Assembly: GCF_039654945.1 (NCBI RefSeq)
Contig: NW_027361723.1
Location: 2,666,001 to 2,730,000 of the forward strand
Direction: 5' to 3'
DNA length: 64,000 nucleotides
From: Dendrobates tinctorius
Lineage: Eukaryota
Numbering within the stretch: position 1 is the stretch's first letter; every line of letters starts with the position of its first letter. Below are positions 53,305 to 64,000 of this stretch, in pieces. The position numbers and the translations under genes are program-made. The notes under the pieces were generated by a model, which searched no databases, was not told the origin of the DNA, and saw only the letters and a program-made list of their open reading frames with translations.

Positions 53305-54149
53305 AAGAATACAGGAGAAAATGGTCATCAGTACTTACCTGCCCAGGTCTCAGAACAAACTCCCTCTCAGGATGCAGCAGACCCTTGTAGTTAAGATGGC
53401 GGCAACACAGGTGCAGAATACTGATGAGACCACTCCCAACCCATGGAGGGGGGATTGTTAGTATTAGATTGCACAGAATCTGCTTGTACAGGGCGCTGGT
53501 CACACACAGGTAATGCATGGTGTCCGGCTTACAGCATATTAGTGACGCCCCTACTATTAGATCAGGCGGCTGAACCCGGAAAAATGAGGTGCAAAAAATA
53601 CACAGAAACATGTGAGGTATTGGCCGATATTTTGGCCAAGATATACAAGCTCGCAGCCACGTCAGGGCTCCTCACGCTCGCGAGTCCTAACACTAAACTT
53701 AAAAGCAAAGCCACAAAAAGAGGACGAAAAATTTCTTTGTATTTTTTGCACCTTATTTTTCCGGGTGCGGCAAGGCCCAGAATTTTTGGCCTTGTAAACT
53801 GTGGTGTCTGTTCACTTGGGATGCATGTAGATAGTGCTGGGCAGCCGCCTGATCTAATAGTCGGGGCGTCACTAATGGGCTCTAATCCGGACACTGTGCA
53901 TTACCTGTGTGTGACCAGAGCCCGGTACAAGCAGATTCTGTGCAATGTAAAACTAAGCAATCCCCCCTCCAAGGATTGGGAGTGGTTGTCTCATCAGGAC
54001 CTGTGTTGCCGCCATCTTTGCTATATGGGTCTGCTGCACCCTGTAGTGCATTTGCTCAGAGACCTGGGCAGGTGAGCACTGCTGACCCCTTTCTGCTGTA
54101 CTAACCCATGGATCAGTGACAACTTGTTTTGACAAAAGAACCCCTTTAA
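53305..54149. mobile_element. Old palindromic MITE-like element (T2/Kolobok-like end ACCCCTTTAA)
   Basis: 53325-53572 is an imperfect reverse complement of 53842-54090; inner IR 53574-53608 vs 53731-53766. Confidence 0.6.
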
Positions 54150-54225
54150 TGCAAACTACCGTAATTCTGACCCCAGTTCAGGGGGCGCACAGTAGATGTG
54201 TATTACAGTTGACGCTTCACTATAA

Positions 54226-54360
54226 GGCTGTGTGCACACGCTGCGGATTCTGCTGCGGTTTGCCATTTGCTCCATTGTAGAGATGATAAACCACAGAGCA
54301 ATCCGCAATAAATCTGTGCGGACAAATCCACAGAGCATTCCGCAGCGTGTGCACTCACCC
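54226..54360. mobile_element. PIF/Harbinger-type MITE with TAA TSD
   Basis: TAA-GGCTGTGTGCACACGCTGCGGA...TCCGCAGCGTGTGCACTCACCC-TAA. Confidence 0.75.
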
Positions 54361-54765
54361 TAACAGGGATAACAGCTTACATGCATTTGCCTATTACTGT
54401 AGGGTGGGCCCCACTATGACCCTACTCAGAGCCCAAGGCTCCAGGGTCCCATGGCCAGATTGTCCCCATCATAAGCCTCATGTGGGACAGGGAGGGGCCG
54501 CGAGCTGAAAGTGTCTGCCCCTGGGTCACTGTACAGCACTGATCACAGGGGCATTATTGACCAAGGCAACATAATGAACTGTGGATCACCAGGATACAGA
54601 GGAAGACAAAATGTCCCGTGACGTCACACACCAACTGTATCTGGGGGAAAGGACCCTCTCAAAGACGGGTGAGGGGCGAGATTTTGTTTCTGATCCTCAG
54701 ATCTGCCACTAGGGGTATATCGAGCTTCACAGCGCTATTTAGATGAATACAGCACTATAGGGGGT

Positions 54766-54822
54766 GTTAATGATTCTCCGCTCCATCCTCACCCCTCAGG
54801 CTCTTCTCAGAGCCGCCCACAT
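54766..54822 (+). pseudogene. Orphan H4-type stop codon, 3' UTR and stem-loop (54799-54814) with no coding sequence
   Basis: GTTAATG..TCTCCGCTCCATCCTCACCCC..GGCTCTTCTCAGAGCCGCCCACAT matches 8550-8608. Confidence 0.75.
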
Positions 54823-55889
54823 GTGTCCTGGAGAAGCGACAATTCCTGGTATCGGATGATTGAGGTGAGGGAGTTGGGTCAGATCCTATTTCTCAGGATC
54901 GGTGTAAATCCAGTGCGGAGCGGTCACATCCTGTACCGGTGACTCTGCGCCCCCTTATTAGTGGCGGCTTCCCGGTGTCCAGCGCCTGCATCTCATCACT
55001 GTCTCCCTCCTCATTTACCATCTACATGTGGACACTGACCGTGACTTCCTGACTGCTCCTAATACCGAGGACTGTGCGGCTCCAGCCGGCAGCGCTCTCC
55101 TGTGCTGGGGCTGATGGATGCAGCCGGACATTAGCGGCTCGTTCCCCTCATGACCGGGGAGGCTGCTTGTGTCTTTTCTTATTTATCAGTAACCGGAGCC
55201 TGAAGAGAGAACAGAGGGGAAATCTGCCGCCGTAGTGTACAGCGCCGTCATCCGAGCCCGGCGGACCGGAGAGAGGACTGGAGATGACGCAGGTCCGGAG
55301 CCGGTGTATTGCGGAGTGTGGGAGCTCCATCCTCCAGAGGAGGAGACGTCTCGCATACAAGATGCCTACATAAAATATCCATAACTGTGATTGGTGAGAT
55401 AATGAGCAGCCGGCACCGGTCTGGGGAGTGAGGGGTTAATACAGTCTCACTTTACCGCAAGGTCCACAGGAATAATGGCCGCTCACTCCTGACGGTGATC
55501 GGGAAATGGTGTCTCTTCCACAAGCAGAGCACAGTCACTGAAGGGTTAATGATCGAGCGCCGAGAACACGACTGAGCGGGAGATTCAAATTATCAAACGG
55601 ATCTAAAGCCCCGCCCACAGGAATCGACCAATCACCGTGCTTTATCCTCCGTTTAACCCCTTATTGCTCCTGTGTCTGCTGCTCGTCATTTCCCCGTGCT
55701 CAGCACATCGGGCTCCTCCTGGTAGAACATGTGCGGATTGTATCATCCGATCTGTGCTGGATGCGGAGCCCACACGGAGCCGCCCTTGTATAAGGTTACC
55801 AGTTCTCCGTGTGGCGTCCGCTCCGATCACTGCTGGAAGCGGAGTTGACACAGATCAGCCCTGGAGCTGCGGGCACTAGGATTGCAAAA

Positions 55890-56420
55890 ATATACACCCC
55901 CACTACGGTGCTGTACATCCACCATCCTCCCTACTAGGTGGTATACAGCACTACAAAGGCTACATGTGCTGTATACTCCCCATCTAGTGCTGCATTTCTC
56001 CTCTATAAACCTGTGTCATCTACAGAACACCCGCATATAGTGCTGGATACCCTCCATATAGTAACTGAGGATAAGGTAGTGCTGATACCTACATATATCG
56101 CTGTATGCCCCCATATATAGCTAAATACTCTCCAGAAAGTGCTGTGGGCCCTCCATATTGTTCTTTATCCCATCATATATCGCTGTATACCCCCATGTAG
56201 TGCTGTAAGCTGCCAAATACTGTTATATACGGACATATTGTGCTGTATAACCTTCAAGTAGTATTGTATACCGCCATATAGTGCTGACAACCCTCCATAT
56301 AGTATCGTAGTCTAGAATATAGTGCTGTATACTCCCCTTATATTAGGGTACACCCTCATTGACGGCTGTACTCCCCCATAGAGGGACGTGTACCCTCCAT
56401 ATAGCGCTGTATATTCCACA
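55890..56420. repeat. Degenerate ~21-bp repeat (CCATATAGTGCTGTATAC); related tracts at 5850-6115 and 54710-54765
   Basis: Recurrent ATAGTGCTGTATA motif. Confidence 0.65.
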
Positions 56421-56854
56421 CATCAGATATTCTGGACTCCGCGCTCCTGATCCACAAGCCCACACACTGGATATATATATATATATATATACAGGCCAGA
56501 AGCTGCAGGGAGCGGAGCCGCCGTCTGTGTCTCCTTCCGACCTCTCAGCAGCTCCAGGTCGTTCTCACATCGTCCAATCAGCTTCCTGCACGGTACAGAT
56601 TGTGGTACAGATCCCTGTGATAGTGACAGGTGCCGGGAACAGAAGGAGCGAGCTCCCGCAGCAGATTCATCTTCCCCGATACAGAATGATGTGCGGCCAG
56701 GAGGACTATGGGGAGATTCCGGGGCTCTTCCCGGCTCCTTCCTGCCTCCTCCGCCAGTGACGGCTATAGACATGTGGGGGAGATGTCAGTGAGGAGGAGG
56801 ACACTGACACAGCGGCTCTGCTGCCCGGTCCTGACCGGTAATGGTCGCTTATCC

Positions 56855-56990
56855 CGGGCAAGGAAGCACAAGGGGAGAGCGGAGCTTCACCTGGCTCAGA
56901 CAGAAGGGGCGGGGCATGTGACCAGTGTCAGCCAATAGAAGCTCAGGAGGGGCAGCCAATCAGTGCGCAGTGTGACTGTATATATTTGAG
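56855..56990 (+). promoter_or_regulatory. H1 promoter: GC box, two CCAAT boxes, TATATAT
   Basis: GGGGCGGGG at 56906, GCCAAT at 56930 and 56955, TATATAT at 56979. Confidence 0.75.
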
Positions 56991-57054
56991 GCGGCTCCAG
57001 CTTCGGCTTTTGTAATTTTTCTTTCAGCACTTTGTGTTTGTTCTTGATTATATG

Positions 57055-57675
57055 ATGGCAGAGACTGCGCCAGCCGCCGCTCCTCCTCCTCCTGCCGAAC
57101 CGGCCACCAAATCCAAGAAGCAGCCGAAAAAATCCTCCGCAGGGGGCGCCAAGAAGAGCAAAAAGCCCTCTGGCCCCAGCGTGTCCGAGCTGATCGTCAA
57201 AGCCGTGTCTGCTTCCAAGGAGCGCAGCGGGGTGTCTCTGGCCGCCCTGAAGAAGGCTCTGGCTGCTGGAGGGTACGATGTGGAGAGGAATAACAGCCGC
57301 CTGAAGCTGGCCGTCAGGGGTCTGGTCACCAAGGGCGCCCTGCTCCAGGTGAAGGGCAGCGGCGCCTCCGGGTCATTCAAGCTGAACAAGAAGCAGGAGA
57401 CCAAGGACAAGAAGAAGCAGGCGCCTGCGGCCAAAGCCAAGAAACCAGCAGCCAAGAAAGCTGCAAAATCCCCGAAGAAGCCCAAGAAGAGCCCGAAAAA
57501 GGCCAAGAAGCCCGCAGCGGCCAAAAAAGCAGTTAAGAGCCCCAAAAAGCCGAAGGCTGCTCCGAAGCCCAAGAAGGTGACAAAGAGCCCCGCTAAGAAG
57601 GCGGCGAAACCCAAAGCTGCCAGGAGTCCGGCTAAGAAGGCGGCTAAAGCCAAGAAGCCCGCGGCCAAGAAATAA
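57055..57675 (+). CDS. H1: Histone H1 (somatic, replication-dependent); alternative ATG at 57052
   Basis: MAETAPAAA..., globular domain [43 protein letters not shown]-rich tail; stem-loop follows. Confidence 0.97.
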   Translation: MAETAPAAAPPPPAEPATKSKKQPKKSSAGGAKKSKKPSGPSVSELIVKAVSASKERSGVSLAALKKALAAGGYDVERNNSRLKLAVRGLVTKGALLQVKGSGASGSFKLNKKQETKDKKKQAPAAKAKKPAAKKAAKSPKKPKKSPKKAKKPAAAKKAVKSPKKPKAAPKPKKVTKSPAKKAAKPKAARSPAKKAAKAKKPAAKK

Positions 57676-57704
57676 GCCAAGCCGCCCTGTCCTCATCCCA
57701 CAAA

Positions 57705-57720
57705 GGCTCTTATCAGAGCC
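57705..57720 (+). terminator. Histone 3' stem-loop (H1)
   Basis: GGCTCT-TATC-AGAGCC followed by ACCACC. Confidence 0.92.
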
Positions 57721-58760
57721 ACCACCTCCTCACTGCAGAGCTGTATGATCAGTGCCACCACCTCCTCCCTGCAGAGCTGTATGATCAGTGCCACCATCAC
57801 CTCCCTGCAGAGCTGTATGATCAGTGCCACCACCTCCCTGCAGAGCTGTGTGATCAGTGCCACCACCTCCTCCCCGCAGAGCTGTATGATCAGTGCCACC
57901 ACCTCCTCCCTGCAGAGCTGTATGATCAGTGCCACCACCTTGTCCTCAGCAGAGCTGTATGATCAGTGCCATCACCTCATCCCTGCAGAGCTGTATGATC
58001 CGTGCCATCACCTCCCTGCAGAGCTGTATGACCAGTGCCACCACCTCCCTGCAGAGCTGTATGATCAGTGCCACCACCTCCTCCCTGCAGAGCTGTATGA
58101 TCAGTGCCACCACCTTGTCCTCAGCAGAGCTGTATGATCAGTGCCACCACCTCCTCCCTGCAGAGCTGTATGATCAGTGCCACCACCTTGTCCTCAGCAG
58201 AGCTGTATGATCAGTGCCACCACCTCCCTGCAGAGCAGTATGACCAGTGCCACCACCTCCTCCCTGCAGAACTATATGATCAGTGCCACCACCTTGTCCT
58301 CAGCAGAGCTGTATGATCAGTGCCACCACCTCCCTGCAGAGCTGTATGATCAGTGCCACCACCTTGTCCTCAGCAGACCTGTATGATCAGTGCCACCACC
58401 TTGTCCTCAGCAGACCTGTATGATCAGTGCCACCACCTCCTCCCTGCAGAGCTGTACGATCAGTGCCACCACCTTGTCCTCAGCAGAGCTGTATGATCAG
58501 TGCCACCACCTCCTCCCTGCAGAGCTGTACGATCAGTGCCACCACCTTGTCCTCAGCAGACCTGTATGATCAGTGCCACCACCTCCTCCCTGCAGAGCTG
58601 TACGATCAGTGCCACCACCTTGTCCTCAGCAGAGCTGTATGATCAGTGCCACCACCTTGTCCTCAGCAGAGCTGTATGATCAGTGCCACCACCTCCTCCC
58701 TGCAGAGCTGTACGATGAGATCCACCACCTCCTCCCTGCAGAGCTGTACGATCAGTGCCA
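57712..58760 (+). repeat. 33-37-bp minisatellite (~29 copies) derived from the H1 3'-processing signal
   Basis: Unit ATCAGTGCCACCACCTCCTCCCTGCAGAGCTGTATG; the first unit is the stem-loop 3' arm ATCAGAGCC-ACCACC...CAGAGCTGTATG. Confidence 0.95.
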
Positions 58761-58929
58761 GTACATTATATAATTGATGCTGGGCGCAGTGTCAGGATGG
58801 ATAGTTGTGATCTGTTGCTAATACGAGCTCTGCACTGTACAGCGCTGTGTACACGGATACGGCCGTGCATTTACGTCAGTGGCGTCTGCTCCATATTCCG
58901 TGTGTAAGGGATGATGTGAACCGCCTCGT

Positions 58930-59568
<639 letters not shown>

Positions 59569-59596
59569 ATCTTCCCGGCTCCAACCACAACACAAA

Positions 59597-59612
59597 GGCT
59601 CTTTTCAGAGCC
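59597..59612 (+). terminator. Histone 3' stem-loop (H3)
   Basis: GGCTCTTTTCAGAGCC-ACCAAA; HDE-like AACGAGCTG at ~59629. Confidence 0.92.
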
Positions 59613-60035
59613 ACCAAATCTTCCCAAAAACGAGCTGAGTCCTGAACTGCCGGTTTATGTGCGTGTTCTCCATATAGGGATCGCACACTCAGGAATAGAT
59701 GGCGGCTGCGGTTTCTGATATCACAGGTGATTGCTGAGCGATAACTGAAATCTCACCTTTCTCTATTCTCATCCATTGTAAAACATGCGGCGTCTATAAC
59801 ATAACCAAGGTTAATATAGGGAGAGGGGTAAGGTGTGTATACCCTCAGAGTGTGGTGAATTTCTATACTGTGATGTAGCCTCTATAAAGCGCTCTAGATA
59901 TTTCATCCATACAGTAATTCCTGACCCATATAGCGCTGTATATACAGGTAACCATCTGTTTTAACCGCTGATGTCACATAACACCACAAAATACCCGCAA
60001 TCTCCCTCCCTGGCCACATCACACAGCGGAGATCA

Positions 60036-60446
<411 letters not shown>

Positions 60447-61926
60447 CTAATGAGCGCAGGGTCCTTTACATGGAGGCGGGGCGGACCGGAGCGAAAACAG
60501 GAGGGATGACCGTTTCCGGGGCGGGGGTTCTAGTATTGAATTCGCGGTTAAGCTCCTCCTCTTCTCTGATTGGCTGAATACAGGACTGTTGGTGATTTTG
60601 AATTCCCCCCCCTCTCTGTTACAAAGAATATTCAACAAAACTCCCCATCGCGGCGCCGCCGCTAGATCTGTCCGTTATTTGGATTTTTCCGTTGCTATTT
60701 TCCAGCTTCTTCAAAATGTAATAAGTAAATAAATACTTTAGGGACAGTGATCTCCAGAAGCCTCATCTGACCCAGGCAGTCGCTCCTCATTACAGGTGGT
60801 GGCGGCCAGTACAGGGCAGGGAGCCGCATGTAACGAGTCCCGGAGGCTCCATCCCCGGAGAAGAGGAGAAATATCAGATACAAGATAACGATCCCCAACC
60901 ACCGATGTGATCTGCAGCGACCATCGCCGCGCACGGGATCTGCTCCAATCAACGTCAGGAATAATGTTCACTAAGACAATATAGAAAAGGGAGTGGGAAG
61001 GCGCCAGCACCGATCCGGGGACAAATACGGGTATAGGCAGAACACACTGGAGAGGCGGCACCAGGACCCAGCGCGTGTGACATCAGATTGTGATCGCTAA
61101 CGCTTCTCCGGAGCGCAATGTGCGACTGAGCGGGAAATTAGGGTTCACTAACGGCTCAGTAAATGACGGCGGAACATCGAAATAAAGAACCGACCATTCG
61201 CCCGCTACTTAATTTACTTTCAACTCCTTAGTGACCGTATTCCTGCTGAATCTCTGCTCTGTACAGAATCCGCCTCAAGCACCGCAGACCCCGGCTGTGC
61301 ACACCATACCCCTCTCCCTTACAATGGATGAGACTAGAGAAAGTGCTGAGCGATAACTGGAATCTCACTTCTCACCTGTGATATCAGAAACCGCAGCCGC
61401 CATCTATTCCTGAGAGAGTGCGATCCGTATAGGGAGAACACGCACATAAACCGGACAGCGGAAGGAAAAGGAGTGTGTAGAATCCGAGACTCCATGAACT
61501 TGTATTATTCCAGTGAAGCGCAGTGACGGCCGGGTGCCCTCATAGATCGCTGTAGCGCGGCTCCTGGATTCATCCAGTGTTGTGTCTGCACCTCACTACT
61601 ACCACCCCCAGCATTCACAGGAAACTCACATATTGGAATGGAAAGGGTTAATGTCAGAGGAGATAAAGAGAAAGCAGAGATCCAACCAGGAGGATAATCT
61701 ACTGGAAATGTCACTGAGCAGAGATCATCATTACCAGCTGCGGGAGAGCGAGGACCTATCGCCGAGTGCAACGCACCACCTGCAATCATTATCACTGACC
61801 TATTGGAGAGAGGAGGTCCCAGTGTAGAAGTTTTCTCCGGAAAGGAGCTGCTCAGCACATGCACGGCCTTGATGAGGACACTACACAGGGCAGCGGAGGA
61901 GCAGCTCTTATGGTGAGGGGGTGGGC

Positions 61927-61942
61927 GGCTCTTAGAAGAGCC
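61927..61942 (-). terminator. Histone 3' stem-loop (H2B)
   Basis: Reverse complement GGCTCTTCTAAGAGCC; HDE AAGAGCTG at ~61902-61909. Confidence 0.9.
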
Positions 61943-61961
61943 TTTGGGGTGATGGCGGAGC

Positions 61962-63074
<1,113 letters not shown>

Positions 63075-63106
63075 GCGCTGCCGCCGATCCCACCTACACA
63101 ACCAAA

Positions 63107-63122
63107 GGCTCTTCTAAGAGCC
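63107..63122 (+). terminator. Histone 3' stem-loop (H2A)
   Basis: GGCTCT-TCTA-AGAGCC-ACCCA; HDE CAGAGCTG at ~63140. Confidence 0.92.
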
Positions 63123-64000
63123 ACCCACCCCGTCACCACCAGAGCTGACGCCGCTGATCTCGGGTCCTCACATTCCAGACACCACGGGCTGCCGCCACCA
63201 GTCTGTAGGTTGCTGCGCACACTGGAATCCGTTGTGCGGTTTCTACCCAAAACACTGGAGTGTCGGGAGATGAATGGGATAATATCATATGAAGCCTCAG
63301 ACCTGTGGGGGGAGAGGAGTCCCTCATTAGTGTCTGATCCTCCGGCCCCTGACATCGCTGTGGAGATAACACGCAGTGATCACGTATCGGGGGGGAGTTG
63401 GCGGCCGCTGCCGGCGATTCTCCACATCAGTGACTGCGGCTCCTCCCGGAGGACGATCCCGTGATGGCGGCTCTGGAGGGCTGGACTCAGCGCGGTTCTC
63501 GGGTGACGGGATTGTGATCTCCGCTGTCAGCCGTGACCGGTAGTAATCCTCCGCGGAACAAGAGCGGGAACTTCAAATCCCCCAACGGATCCTGTGATCA
63601 GACAATGAGCGGGAATCCTCGGTAAAGCGCCGTCCTCAGTGACGTACATAGACGTCTTTCCAACTCCGTTTAACTCCTTACTTGCCGTGTTGCTGCTGAT
63701 CTCCCCTTATTTAGCAGTGTCCACAGATGCGGCACCTTCTCCCCAGCCCCCGGCAGCGCTCACATCGGGCTCCTCCAGAGCATCTGCTGCTTGCAGCCCC
63801 CTGTAATCACTGCAGACACAACTGGGAGTCCTGATAATACTTACTAAAAGGGTTAACCCCACAATAGTGTAGTGTAATCAGCCGCTGGCTTCACTGAACA
63901 AATACTAAGTAACGCAGAAAAATAAGAATTAATAAAGCCAATAAACCACGAATCCTCCTGCTTTTCTTTCATTGCTAAAATATCACAGATCAAAGCATCA

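Noticed and set aside
57048-57696. Antisense ORFs over H1 (and over H3, H4, H2A)
   Set aside because: Expected by-product of GC-rich histone codon usage

Overview
Eukaryotic, vertebrate DNA, most likely an anuran amphibian (inferred from histone sequences and TE families). It is part of a replication-dependent histone gene cluster that has been heavily invaded by transposons. The right end (57.0-63.1 kb) holds a quintet H1(+), H3(+), H4(-, frameshifted), H2B(-, partly N-masked) and H2A(+), each with a 3' stem-loop. An inverted partial copy of this block (H2B, frameshifted H4, 3' half of H3) lies at 6.1-9.2 kb. The intervening ~45 kb is nested TEs: several Ac-type hAT elements (one transposase intact except for a single stop), non-autonomous hAT elements with clear 8-bp TSDs, a Tc1/mariner, a DIRS1-like retrotransposon, Gypsy LTR pieces, CR1 LINEs, MITEs and many mini/microsatellites. 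The most unusual observations are: (1) a ~29-copy tandem array directly behind the H1 stem-loop, built from the histone 3'-processing signal (3' stem arm, cleavage site and U7-binding HDE); (2) a degenerate 18S rRNA segment carried inside a hAT element; (3) two H4 copies with different frameshifts that give the same extended C-terminus; (4) an orphan H4 3' end; (5) a TSD-verified multi-level nested insertion in a CR1. All alignments and counts were done by eye, so coordinates may be off by a few bases.
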